Shown: positions 19,551 through 29,261, counted from the stretch's first letter. The stretch: 64,000 bases of DNA from Dehalococcoidia bacterium (GCA_963662435.1 OY759598.1:1148507-1212506), one strand, 5' to 3'. Made by a program: numbers and translations. The notes: generated by a model from the sequence alone, not told the origin.

Positions 19551-20612
19551 CTATGGCGCCTCTTGCTGCAGCGCGGCTTGGACGCGTGAGCGGAGGCGTT
19601 TGGTCCACGACGCGAAGAGCGCATTCGACCACGCGCATGGGATGGAACGAATCATCATTCCGTATACCCAGGGGCGGGATACTCGAATACGATTCTCCGG
19701 ATCGAGCCAGTTGGGGCTGCGCATGAGCAGTTCCAGTGTGGCGAGGCCGATGAGTACCGGCCAAATCATGGCGAGCCGGAGCCGCGCACTTCGCCGGGGC
19801 GTGGACAGTATGTACTCCTCGGCGTCGACGTAGAAGTCGAGGGCGCGACCCACCAATGCGCCGAGGACCGGTCTTGCCTCGCGCGTTACGTTAGAACTCA
19901 ACAGGTCACTGGGTGACAGGTGGGCCGGCTCGAGCATCTCGCGAGGGACGTAGCAACGCCCTACCCTCAGGTCTTTGGGAACGTCTCGGATGATGTTAGT
20001 CATCTGAAGGGCCTTCCCGAATCGAACGCCGAGTTCGGCCATGCGGTCCCGGTCCCAATCTCGTGCCGCAGGATCGTGGGCGATCACGACGTCGGTCCAG
20101 AACTCGCCGACACATCCCGCAACGAGGTAGGTGTAGTCATCGAGATCTGCCATGGATTCGAGCGCGCCGATACGCCCCGATTCCGGGGTTGGGAAGGTAG
20201 TCAGGTCGAACTCCATGCCTTGAATCAAGGTGTCAACGGTGTTCCTGACGCTTCTGCGATCGGTCTCGGGCATGCCTTCAAGCAAGGTGAATAAGTGGGG
20301 CACGGCCTGAAGGAGGCGGTCCTCCGGGCTGTCGACGCCTGATCGTTCGAGGGCAAGGTCACCGTCGACGGGAGCGGTGTCACTTGTTTCGCAGTCCAGC
20401 CGAGTGCGAAGTCGTTTGAGGTGTTCGAGGCGTGTCTCCGGTGGGAGCGCGGTTGTGTCGGCAATGGTATCCGCCGCGCGGGCAAGTAGGTAGGCAAGTT
20501 GAATGGGTACCCGAAGCGGTCCTGGGAGGACGCGGATTGTGAGATAGAACGACCGCGACACTCCCTTGAGGAGGTCGGCGGGGATGTCGCTGAGATTGTC
20601 CATAGTGCTCAT
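19551..20612 (-). CDS. Squalene/phytoene synthase family (farnesyl-diphosphate farnesyltransferase-like)
   Basis: VSRSF flap, ADTIAD, YTYLVAGCVG, ALQMTNIIRDVPKD..GRCYVP; start moved to 20612. Confidence 0.9.
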   Translation of the reverse strand: MSTMDNLSDIPADLLKGVSRSFYLTIRVLPGPLRVPIQLAYLLARAADTIADTTALPPETRLEHLKRLRTRLDCETSDTAPVDGDLALERSGVDSPEDRLLQAVPHLFTLLEGMPETDRRSVRNTVDTLIQGMEFDLTTFPTPESGRIGALESMADLDDYTYLVAGCVGEFWTDVVIAHDPAARDWDRDRMAELGVRFGKALQMTNIIRDVPKDLRVGRCYVPREMLEPAHLSPSDLLSSNVTREARPVLGALVGRALDFYVDAEEYILSTPRRSARLRLAMIWPVLIGLATLELLMRSPNWLDPENRIRVSRPWVYGMMIRSIPCAWSNALFASWTKRLRSRVQAALQQEAP

Positions 20613-20714
20613 GGCGATTCGGCGACGGACGCGGCTATGGTATGCTCCGAGCCTATCAGCGTCAACGACCGGTCTCTGTCCGATCGACGCATTTGACGCA
20701 TAAGGAGGAGTAAC

Positions 20715-21131
20715 TTGTCCACCACACTCACCAAGAAAGACTTCGCTCAGTTGGCCGAATTTCTCAAGCCTACGAAGATCGCCGTGGTGGCGACCGTCGG
20801 GCGCGATGGAGCGCCACAGCTGACACCGAACTGGTACGTGTACGACGACGGCAGGATCGCGATATCGACAACCAAGCAGCGTGTGAAGTATCAGAACCTC
20901 GTTCGAGACTCGCGCCTGGCAGTGTGTGTTCTTACAGAACCCCTGGCGGTGGAGTACGTATCCGTGCGCGGGATGGCGGAGATCATCGACGACGATACGA
21001 TCTGGCCCGTCACGGAGGCGATTGTGCGGCGGTATGTCAGGCCGGAGAGGGTCCAGGCGCGCATGGACCAGCTTCGGAGGGAGGACAGGATCATCATCAG
21101 CCTCCGACCGGAAAAGGTGCATTTTCGGTAG
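20715..21131 (+). CDS. PPOX-class probable F420-dependent oxidoreductase
   Basis: ATVGRDGAPQLTPNWY, RVKYQNLVRDSR; SD AAGGAGGAG before TTG. Confidence 0.88.
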   Translation: MSTTLTKKDFAQLAEFLKPTKIAVVATVGRDGAPQLTPNWYVYDDGRIAISTTKQRVKYQNLVRDSRLAVCVLTEPLAVEYVSVRGMAEIIDDDTIWPVTEAIVRRYVRPERVQARMDQLRREDRIIISLRPEKVHFR

Positions 21132-21255
21132 GTTGCGGGCGTCCGTGCCTTATATTACTTCGGTTTCTGGTTATGGCAGGATCCTGGGGATCACTGCTAG
21201 CCGTGACCCTCACCCTGGCCCTCTCCCACGATGGGCCGGCAGAGGTAGGTAGAAC

Positions 21256-21487
21256 GGATTTGTAGCTACGATCCGGCCCCGCCGCTCTGTCATTCCGAGT
21301 GGGGCGAGGAATCTAAAATACAAAACCGCAACACCGGACAGCCGGTGCCGCGCTTCTATCGTCACCAAGAGGGAAAACAGCGTAGGACTTCTCAACGTCT
21401 GCTTTACGTTGGGACAGACACATTAGATTCTTCGACTCCGCTGCGCTTCGCTCAGAATGACAGGGCCGTGGTTGCGATCTGGTCAAT
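21256..21487. mobile_element. ~230-bp REPIN/MITE-like non-coding element, copy A
   Basis: Colinear with 37484-37713; core 21288-21462 bounded by inverted TGTCATTCCGAG...CTCAGAATGACA. Confidence 0.75.
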
Positions 21488-21667
21488 AGAGAGTGGAACG
21501 ACAGGCAAATACCAACCCCTGTCAGCCCACGACGGGAGAGGGGTTAAGCGGCATCTGGCAAATTCATCACATTCAAGTTGACTGAGTACTAAGATCTTAC
21601 CCGCAGCACCGTATCGAGTGCGGGGCTGGGTCTAACCCCGTCCCACGATGGAGACTTGGGAAAGCAA

Positions 21668-21703
21668 CGGGGCCGGTCGAGATTCGACCGGCCCCGCGTT
21701 TTT
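21668..21703. terminator. Rho-independent terminator, possibly bidirectional
   Basis: cggggccggtcga-gat-tcgaccggccccg 13-bp stem, T-run on the right, A-rich on the left, just after the SBP stop. Confidence 0.8.
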
Positions 21704-21749
21704 GGTCTAGACAGTCAGACTGTCCGGAGCTATTCCTTTTTCAACAACC

Positions 21750-24218
21750 TTAGTTCCAGTAGTTGGGGTCGAGGAAGTTTACGCTTCTGTAGCGCTTGGA
21801 CCTGTTGCCCGGGTTGTTGATGTTGTCGATGCCGTCCTCGAAGTAGAACCACTCGACCGGGTGACCGCCTGCGGGCGACCAGTTCTTCGGCACGTTGCGC
21901 ATGTTGTTGCGCTTGATCTTGAGTGCACGGAACAGGCCAGCGTAGGCGAGACCGCCGATCTTGTACTTCTCTTCGGAGTTGATGCGGAACAGTTCCTGTC
22001 CAGCTTCAATGCGCTTCGGCGAGAGGAGGGAGACCGTCCAGCCGTCGGTGATCAGCTCCTGAAGCCTGAGCATGTTGCCGCTGATGTCGGCGGGATAGGT
22101 ACCGTCAGGGGCCATGTTGCCATTTATGTCGGTGTACTTGGGATCCGGTCCCGTCGGGGGCATGCCCTCTTCACCGCGGGTTGCATAGTACTGTCCGATG
22201 GCGGGACTCTGCGGGTCCTTGGTCGTCGGTGCTACGCGGTTCCACGCGTTGGACCACGGGTTCGTTCCACCCTCGGTGGAGGAGAAGAACTCGAAGTACT
22301 CGGTCGGAGGAATGGTCGTGTTGCCGCCGCGAGAGGAACTCTCTGCGATCTGCAGCTTGATACCCAAGTTCCTGAAGTCGCTCTCGAGCCACTCCACGAA
22401 CGGATAGTGGGAGCTCGACTGGAAGAACATGGTCAGAGGACCAGAGCCGTCCTTCTTGTCAAGGTAGCCGTCGCCGTCGCCGTCAGAGTAACCGAGGTCG
22501 GACATGATGCCCTTGGCTCGGTCGAGGTCATACTCGGTGTCGAGCGTTCGATACTCTTCGCCCGGGAAGTACGGGGTCGAGGGATGCGGCATCATGTTCT
22601 GCGGGGTTCCGAGGCCGGCGGCCAAGGACTGGTTGGTACCGTTCCTGTCCCAAGCAACGGACAGGGCGATGCGGAAGTCCCTGGTTCGGAGCAGCTGCCC
22701 GAGCTCGGGATCATCGACGTACTCCTGGTTGTTGATGAACGTGGAGTCAGAACCGTCAGGCGAGTCGTGCTTGAGCACGCTGTAGTCGCCCTTCTCTGAG
22801 TTGGCGAGATAGAGCGGCATCTCGGCAGTATTGAGGTCCCAGCGAGACCAGTCGCTCTCACCGTTCATCGTGCGGAAGATTCCGACTTCGCGGCTCTCGG
22901 TACGAATGCCAATCCACTCATCCATGTACGGGAGCTGGTTGCCCTCCGGGTCGATGGACGGGTGATAGTGGTTGCGCTCGAACTCAGTTGACTCGGCGCC
23001 GGACTTCTGGCTTCGGGCCCAGAATCCACCGAGCACAGGGTTGTAGTGGTTGTCGCCCCTGTAGATGTAGTTGATGTCATACACGGTCGGGATCGGCTCG
23101 GACGGCGGTCCCTCGAATCCTCGAACGTTCCTGATGTACGAGAAGTTCTTCACCCAGTTGGGCTGGTTGTTCGCCTCAAGTATCGCTGGAATCTCCGAGT
23201 TGTTGTACTTGATGTGGTACCGCTTCTGGACATGCGATGGCGAGATGAAGCACCTCGGGCATCCCTTGATGCCGGAGAAGATGTTCATCGCCGTCGACTC
23301 CATGAAGCTGAAGTTTGGGTCGTCGAAGAAGACCTTGAAGGTCGAATCGTCGATGAACTGCACCCTCATGTCGTTACCGGTGATGGGAGATCTCAGCACC
23401 GCGGGAAGGCCTGGCATCAGCTCCTTGTTGAGCATCAGGTCTTCGAGTGCGAAGCGGATGTCTTCCATCGTATGTGGGTGTCCATCCGACCATCGGGAGC
23501 CGACACGCATCTTGAATGTGAACTCGTCTCCGGTCTCGTTCGATTCGAACACCCGGAACACGCTGGGTACAAGCAGCAGACCGTCGGGGGACATCTCAAG
23601 GCCGTAACCCATGCCCATGTCTGTCTGCGTGATGTTGCCGGCGCGCGTAGTCCTCAGGGTTCCGCCATATACGCCAATCTCGTCACCCGGCGGGAGGATG
23701 AATACGTTCTCCCAGTTGGGAAGACGCTCATCAACCGGCAGGATCGTGCCGGCCTTCACAGCGGCGGCCGACATAGGTGATTCCTTGTACGGCACCTGCG
23801 GGAAGTTCTCGTTGGTCGTACCAGAGATGATGTGGAATGCCCTTCCGAAAGAACCGGGCTCGACATTCTCGGGCATGTACATGGCACCGTCCATCATGCC
23901 GCCTTCGGTGTCATCGCCCTCACGAGCCATGACGGAGGCAGTCGATCCACCGACCGCTTGTGGTGCCATTGCGGCTTGCGGCTGCTCAGGCGCCTTCGCG
24001 GGTGCTGCCGGTGCAGGCTGCTGCTGCTGCTGAGACGGGGCCTCGACAGGTGCCTGTCCGGACGGGAACACAGCCTCGGCAGCCGGGGCCGCAGCTCTCG
24101 CTGCTGCAGGCTGGGCGGGGTCATCCGGCTCCTCAGCGGCGCAGGCGACGCCTACGACGGCCAGGACCAGCGCGGCGAACACGCCCGCCAGACCATACTT
24201 CCAAATACTTTGCTTCAT
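21750..24218 (-). CDS. ABC transporter solute-binding lipoprotein, family 5, with long Ala/Pro/Gln linker
   Basis: Lipobox-like GVAC, LPVDERLP, IGVYGGTLR, WSDGHP, DPEGNQLPYMD, FRIALS. Confidence 0.9.
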   Translation of the reverse strand: MKQSIWKYGLAGVFAALVLAVVGVACAAEEPDDPAQPAAARAAAPAAEAVFPSGQAPVEAPSQQQQQPAPAAPAKAPEQPQAAMAPQAVGGSTASVMAREGDDTEGGMMDGAMYMPENVEPGSFGRAFHIISGTTNENFPQVPYKESPMSAAAVKAGTILPVDERLPNWENVFILPPGDEIGVYGGTLRTTRAGNITQTDMGMGYGLEMSPDGLLLVPSVFRVFESNETGDEFTFKMRVGSRWSDGHPHTMEDIRFALEDLMLNKELMPGLPAVLRSPITGNDMRVQFIDDSTFKVFFDDPNFSFMESTAMNIFSGIKGCPRCFISPSHVQKRYHIKYNNSEIPAILEANNQPNWVKNFSYIRNVRGFEGPPSEPIPTVYDINYIYRGDNHYNPVLGGFWARSQKSGAESTEFERNHYHPSIDPEGNQLPYMDEWIGIRTESREVGIFRTMNGESDWSRWDLNTAEMPLYLANSEKGDYSVLKHDSPDGSDSTFINNQEYVDDPELGQLLRTRDFRIALSVAWDRNGTNQSLAAGLGTPQNMMPHPSTPYFPGEEYRTLDTEYDLDRAKGIMSDLGYSDGDGDGYLDKKDGSGPLTMFFQSSSHYPFVEWLESDFRNLGIKLQIAESSSRGGNTTIPPTEYFEFFSSTEGGTNPWSNAWNRVAPTTKDPQSPAIGQYYATRGEEGMPPTGPDPKYTDINGNMAPDGTYPADISGNMLRLQELITDGWTVSLLSPKRIEAGQELFRINSEEKYKIGGLAYAGLFRALKIKRNNMRNVPKNWSPAGGHPVEWFYFEDGIDNINNPGNRSKRYRSVNFLDPNYWN

Positions 24219-24291
24219 CTGTTTCTCCCTTCAGTTTTTTGCTTTTCTTGCCAATTGCCTAGTCTGGAGCTGCTTGTTCCAAACCGCACGG

Positions 24292-24320
24292 ACTATATCT
24301 TCCTTTTCGACATTTGTCAA
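24292..24320 (-). promoter_or_regulatory. Sigma70-type promoter of the SBP gene
   Basis: Minus strand TTGACA-17bp-TATAGT about 75 bp upstream of the start. Confidence 0.65.
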
Positions 24321-24435
24321 TATTACATAGCTATTCTATGGTGCCTTTGCATGGTCAATTCAATGGAAACGGCGCCAGCGTCCGTACGACACGTAGGAGA
24401 CCGATTCTCGCTTGAAGTGTCAGAGGGGCCCAGGA

Positions 24436-25233
24436 CTACAGCAATGACTGCTTGCGAAGCCAGGGCACCACAGCATCAAGGGCGGAGTCCGGAATCCTCG
24501 TTCCGTCGTGGCCGGGGATGTCCATCATGTCGTGGGTAAACCTGCCGGAGACACCTGAGCGAGCGTAGGCCTCGTTCAGGGCTTCGGAAAACGAGGTAAT
24601 CCATTGTTGGCCTACCCGTTCGTCGGAGTATCCCGTCTGAATGAAGAGCGGGCGTGGATGAAACTGCTCCACATCAAGAAAGAGGCTGTTTCGCCTGACG
24701 ATCTCGTTGTCATCCATTCCGTTGAATTCCGACATTCGGGGCCAGTGGACAACGGGTTGGTGGGCAACAGCCGCCGAAACATTGGGGTTCTTCGCCATCG
24801 AGTGTAGGACCGCGAATCCGTGCCTCGAGCTGCCCATGATCACCATCCTGCCCCTCCTGGTGTATTCCCTTGCGAGAGCATCGTCGACTACGGCTCCAAT
24901 CCTGGCCTCCATGAGAGCGAAGCCGTCCTCCCCTTCCCTGGCGCACTCGGCGAGGAGTCTAAGATCGTCGTAGTGTTCTCCATGCATGAGTAGGATTCCG
25001 GCGCCCGCGGCGGTGAGCCTGTCCAGCCATTGGGACATCACGTTCGGTTTTTCCTTCAATGAGGCCGGATCGGCCACTACGTGCCTGGCTTGTGTGGGAA
25101 CAAGGCACAAGGTGGCATCGCCGCCTGAATCGGGTGCAGGGTTCAGGTTGCAGAGGATTTCTTCGTCGCCGAGTTTGAGGGTATATGGGCGCCAGGCCTC
25201 TGGAACGTATTGCCTTGATTCACCTACCGACAC
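24436..25233 (-). CDS. Alpha/beta-hydrolase-like hypothetical protein
   Basis: MGSSRHG nucleophile-elbow-like segment, PRPLFIQTGYSDERV, PGH. Confidence 0.55.
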   Translation of the reverse strand: MSVGESRQYVPEAWRPYTLKLGDEEILCNLNPAPDSGGDATLCLVPTQARHVVADPASLKEKPNVMSQWLDRLTAAGAGILLMHGEHYDDLRLLAECAREGEDGFALMEARIGAVVDDALAREYTRRGRMVIMGSSRHGFAVLHSMAKNPNVSAAVAHQPVVHWPRMSEFNGMDDNEIVRRNSLFLDVEQFHPRPLFIQTGYSDERVGQQWITSFSEALNEAYARSGVSGRFTHDMMDIPGHDGTRIPDSALDAVVPWLRKQSLL

Positions 25234-25326
25234 AGGTTCAGCACCTCCAGTTGCATTTCATCGCCAATTGTTTCAGCCAAGATGATTGAATACAATAGCG
25301 CCCCTGAAAGACAGATTGGGAGGTGG

Positions 25327-26055
25327 GTGGTGACTCAGGACTCATACATTTCGAACGAACAACTGGAGGTGTTGAGGGGCATCCCCACTCAAACGATAAT
25401 CGACGCCCTGTGGTCGAAGGGGTATCCATCAACAATGATCGAAGGCGCGCGCCCTTTTAGAACCGGCCAAAGCATGGCGGGACGCGCGGTCACTCTTCGT
25501 TACGTGCCTCACCGTCCCGACTTGGCCGAGGACAAGCCGAAGGGTGAGGACTCCGCCGAGTATGTGGCGTTCGAGCTTTGCGGGCCGAACGAGGTGCTGG
25601 TCATCGACGCGTTGGGCTGGAGATTCAGTTCCGTCGGCGGGGATATCAAGTTCTTCCGGCTCTTCCAGAGAAAGGTGGGCGGACTCGTCACTGACGGATC
25701 GGTGCGGGACAGTGTTGCGCTTAAGGAGTACGGCTTCCCCGTCTATTCCTACTCCACGACGGCTAAACAGGGACCGTCCGACTTTTGGCCTTGGCAGGTC
25801 AACGATGCCATACATTGCGGGGGCGTACTGGTCAGGCCGGGAGACGGTGTGGTCGGGGACGATGACGGGGCGGTGGTTGTGCCGCGAGCGATGGTGGACG
25901 AAGTCATCAAAATCGCCGAGGAAAGGCATGCCGTGGAGGAGGTCGTCAAGGCTCAGCTGGCAATTGAAGACGTATCTCCCGGCAAGTACTATCCCTTCAA
26001 TGATCGCACGTGGGAGCTGTACGAAGAGAAGACAGGCAAGAAGAGAGGAAGCTAG
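25327..26055 (+). CDS. RraA/HMG-aldolase family protein
   Basis: GRAVTLRY, VLVIDA, GGDI, VTDGSVRD, VRPGD..VGDDDGAVVVP. Confidence 0.9.
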   Translation: MVTQDSYISNEQLEVLRGIPTQTIIDALWSKGYPSTMIEGARPFRTGQSMAGRAVTLRYVPHRPDLAEDKPKGEDSAEYVAFELCGPNEVLVIDALGWRFSSVGGDIKFFRLFQRKVGGLVTDGSVRDSVALKEYGFPVYSYSTTAKQGPSDFWPWQVNDAIHCGGVLVRPGDGVVGDDDGAVVVPRAMVDEVIKIAEERHAVEEVVKAQLAIEDVSPGKYYPFNDRTWELYEEKTGKKRGS

Positions 26056-26260
26056 GAGCTCTACTCAACCTGATTCAAGAGGGCGCCGACACGGTCGGTG
26101 GTGAGGTTGCTGGAGCGTGGCCAGGATGAGCTCCCTCGACAGGCTCAAGGTGAACGGGGAGTCTTTTTGGGACACGCTCAAAAGGGGGACTCTTGGTACA
26201 CCTTCTACGGGAAGAAACCTAATATAGAAGAGGAATGGAAAGTACTACAAGGAGACTTAC

Positions 26261-26629
26261 ATGGAATTCATTGGTTCGAATCTAGACAGGCCGTTCAGCT
26301 CGGCGGTGATCCACAGCGGCAGGGTATTGGAGACAGTGCTGACGGGGATGAAACCGGGCACGACTACTCCTGTCGAGGGTGGAGCGGCAATGGAGCTGCG
26401 CGAGATTTTTCGGCAGCTTGACGAAATTCTGGCGCAGGCGGGCGTTGACAAGACCAGCATATGTACGGCTCGAATCTACCTTCAGCACGTAAACCGCGAC
26501 GTCGGTGAGATTAACGTTGTCTGGAAGGAGTATTTCGGGACTCATCCTGCGAATCGCCGCTGCTACGGGGTGGATCTTCAGTCGGGAATGCTCGTCGAAG
26601 CAGGGTTTGTAGCGGAGATACCGGACTAG
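26261..26629 (+). CDS. RidA/YjgF family protein
   Basis: RPFSSAV, LDEILAQAG, INVVWKEYF..HPANR, GMLVE. Confidence 0.85.
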   Translation: MEFIGSNLDRPFSSAVIHSGRVLETVLTGMKPGTTTPVEGGAAMELREIFRQLDEILAQAGVDKTSICTARIYLQHVNRDVGEINVVWKEYFGTHPANRRCYGVDLQSGMLVEAGFVAEIPD

Positions 26630-26794
26630 CTTTCGCCAGCCCTCGTCATTTTGTCGCAACTTACGCTGCCGTATCCGGACTAGTCTCACCAAAATCCACT
26701 TGACGCCGATGGCCGCTACCCTCGTCCGATGGTTGTCGGATCGCACCTGCTGGGGGTATGCTGAGTGCTCAACTTGCGAATGAGGAGGACGAGC

Positions 26795-27031
26795 TTGGTT
26801 CGAGCATTTATCCTGATCGAAATCGCAGCAGGCTACTCGACCGCCGTCGTGGAAAGTCTGACTGGCCAAAATGGGATTGTTGACGTGGTACGTGTTACAG
26901 GACCCGTGGACGTGATCGCGGTGGTCACCGCTCCCACCATCAGGGACGTAAGTGATCTCGTAGGGGAGAGCGTCCACACGCTGCAGGGGGTTATCCGAAC
27001 GACCACCTGCGTGGCTCTGCAGGGCTCGTAG
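26795..27031 (+). CDS. Stand-alone Lrp/AsnC ligand-binding (RAM) domain protein
   Basis: RAFILIE, VTGPVDVIA, GVIRTTTC; SD GAGGAGG before TTG 26795. Confidence 0.85.
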   Translation: MVRAFILIEIAAGYSTAVVESLTGQNGIVDVVRVTGPVDVIAVVTAPTIRDVSDLVGESVHTLQGVIRTTTCVALQGS

Positions 27032-27082
27032 AACGCCACCCCTTAATCAACTGCCTGGGAAATCAGGGAACCTGTTGCGCGG

Positions 27083-27754
27083 CTAGGGCTGCTCGGTGGC
27101 GCCGGTAGAGTCGGCCACTTCGTCCCATTCGTCATCGGTCTGCCACTCGTCCCCTGTACGTCTGCGGCGCCTGTGTCCAAGGAGAGCATGGGCGAGCACG
27201 AGTCCACAGAGACCACCCATGCCGAAGACCAGAGCCGTGTTGTCAGGATTGTAGTAGACCGTGAGCGCAGCCAAGACCGCGTAGCCGAAGACGACGTTCA
27301 CCAGAGAAGAGTACGGCAACTTCTGTCCGCCAAGCGCCACAATTGATGCCACCGCCACGCTTATAAAGCCATGGAGTGGGAAGAGAGCGAAGATTGCGCC
27401 TCCCAGGGTGACGAGTCCATCTCCCCCACGAAAGCCGGTGAACATCGATTTCCAATGTCCGAGTACCGCTGCTCCAGTGGGAAGCAAAAGCCAGGGACTC
27501 TCGACTCCCATGACGTTGGCGAGAAGGACCGCCAGAGCACCCTTGGCCATGTCGCCGAGGAAGACCATGACTGCGGGAAGCCTTCCCACGTTGCGCATGA
27601 CATTCGAAGCCCCGGGCAAGCCGGTGCCGACCTCGAAAATGTCGACGCCGCTGTGACGCTTGCTTATGAGGTATGCCAGCGGGATGGAGCCCAGGAGGTA
27701 GCCGCCGGCGGTGGCTATCAAGATGGTCGGCAGGCCCCCAAGAAAATCACTCAA
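27083..27754 (-). CDS. plsY: Glycerol-3-phosphate acyltransferase PlsY
   Basis: YLLGSIP, GTGLPGASNVMR, DMAKG, LGH, FRGGDG. Confidence 0.85.
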   Translation of the reverse strand: MSDFLGGLPTILIATAGGYLLGSIPLAYLISKRHSGVDIFEVGTGLPGASNVMRNVGRLPAVMVFLGDMAKGALAVLLANVMGVESPWLLLPTGAAVLGHWKSMFTGFRGGDGLVTLGGAIFALFPLHGFISVAVASIVALGGQKLPYSSLVNVVFGYAVLAALTVYYNPDNTALVFGMGGLCGLVLAHALLGHRRRRRTGDEWQTDDEWDEVADSTGATEQP

Positions 27755-27986
27755 GTCGACATCGCTCCCCGAGAAGTTTTCACCGTGATTATATAACCGG
27801 TACCCCCATACGCGCTATAGGTTAGAGGTATGCAATTTCTCTCAACTTTTGCTGAGGACGACGAGTGGGGATTTGCGAACTGCTGTTTTTCGCAGCCCTC
27901 CAGCACTAGGAGCCGACGCACGTAGAGGCCATTACCGGCTATAATGGTGTGCGCCCTGTAGCCCAATTCTTGGGGAGTGGAGACGA

Positions 27987-28331
27987 ATGGCGAAGGTGCG
28001 GCTGATGTACTGGAAGGAAATTCCCGTACAGGTGCAGGCGACTGACGGTCAAGACCAGGTGTCCAAACCCTTGGACGAGCGTTTCCAGCAGGCGGCGGAC
28101 GCGATATCGATGTTCGACGGCAGCGCGGGAACCGACGATTACCTGATGGCCTGGAATTGGGGCGAGTCATTCGAGGTGGAGGGTTCCGCCGCCGCCGCGG
28201 CGTTGAGGACGGCAGAACGGTACAACACCGGTTTCCCGGATGATTTCGTCGCTCGAGTACGAGACCTTCACAACGCGGGTACACGTGATGCCACACCAGG
28301 GGCTATAGACGACTGGATGAATGGGGGCTGA
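27987..28331 (+). CDS. 'Virulence_fact'-domain protein associated with corrinoid methyltransferase clusters
   Basis: MYWKEIPVQV, LDERFQQAADAISM, TDDYLMAW family pattern; 9 bp upstream of the HMT gene. Confidence 0.75.
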   Translation: MAKVRLMYWKEIPVQVQATDGQDQVSKPLDERFQQAADAISMFDGSAGTDDYLMAWNWGESFEVEGSAAAAALRTAERYNTGFPDDFVARVRDLHNAGTRDATPGAIDDWMNGG

Positions 28332-28340
28332 AGGAGACAG

Positions 28341-29261
28341 ATGGGACATCCTACAATATTGGAACGCCTTAGTAAGGGAGACGTCCTGGTCTCCGACGGA
28401 GCGACAGGGACCTACCTCCAGGCCCGCGGGCTGGAGCCGGGCGGCTGTCCTGAGGCATTCAACGTGGAGCAGCCTGAGGTCATACGCCGCATGGCTGCCG
28501 ACTACTTTAACGCCGGCTCGGACATGGTGCTGACCGCCACGTTCGGCGGGTCGCGCTTCATGCTAGACAAGTATGAGTACGATGGCAGGGTCCACGAGCT
28601 GAACCGCCAGGCCGCGATGCTCGCCAGTTCTGTGGCTTCACCGTGGCATATCGTTGTCGGGTCCGTGGGGCCTACGGGCGAAATTCTGCAAAGCAACGGC
28701 GGCACCACTTCCGAAGACGAGATTTACGAGGCCTTCTCCGACCAGGTGACTGGTCTCGAAGAGGGGGGAGCGGATGCCGTCGTCATCGAGACGATGATTT
28801 CGGTAGAGGAAGCTATCCTCGCGATCAGGGCCGCCAGGGAGCGCACGAACCTGACAGTGATGGCTACAATGATGTATGACAAGGGACCGCGCGGCTGGTT
28901 CACGATGATGGGCGACACGCCCGCGGCCGCTACGAAGAGGCTGCAGCTAGCAGGCGCTGACGTAGTTGGCGCGAACTGCGGGAACGGCAGTGACCGTATG
29001 ATAGAACTGGCCAGAGTAATCAGAGAAGCATTCGACGGCCACATGCTCATTCACTCGAATGCGGGCATACCCGAAATCCGTCAGGGGCAGATCGTCTATC
29101 CTGAGTCGCCGGAGTACATGACCGAACGCATTCTGAAGTTGGTCGAAGTCGGCGTCAATATCGTAGGCGGCTGCTGCGGAACGACTCCCAAGCACATTGA
29201 AAAGTTCGCCGACGCGGTGCATGATCGCTCCACAGTCGGCTATGCCGTAACAACTTCATAG
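28341..29261 (+). CDS. Stand-alone homocysteine S-methyltransferase (MetH N-terminal domain)
   Basis: SDGATGT, TFGG, GSVGPTG, IETM, GANCG, NAGIP, GGCCGTTP Zn ligands. Confidence 0.93.
   Translation: MGHPTILERLSKGDVLVSDGATGTYLQARGLEPGGCPEAFNVEQPEVIRRMAADYFNAGSDMVLTATFGGSRFMLDKYEYDGRVHELNRQAAMLASSVASPWHIVVGSVGPTGEILQSNGGTTSEDEIYEAFSDQVTGLEEGGADAVVIETMISVEEAILAIRAARERTNLTVMATMMYDKGPRGWFTMMGDTPAAATKRLQLAGADVVGANCGNGSDRMIELARVIREAFDGHMLIHSNAGIPEIRQGQIVYPESPEYMTERILKLVEVGVNIVGGCCGTTPKHIEKFADAVHDRSTVGYAVTTS

Noticed and set aside
20613..21122. Apparent 523-aa squalene synthase fusion
   Set aside because: The extension is the antisense shadow of the PPOX gene, which has its own strong SD
21210..21395. 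Small homologous ORFs at 21210-21395 and 37212-37595
   Set aside because: Their similarity comes from the shared non-coding repeat; lengths and ends are inconsistent
18282..21650. CRISPR array
   Set aside because: Repeats are dispersed and variable with no regular repeat-spacer period, and no cas genes are present
21861..23780. Long plus-strand ORFs opposite the SBP gene, and similar antisense ORFs throughout
   Set aside because: Shadow ORFs expected in GC-rich coding DNA; no motifs
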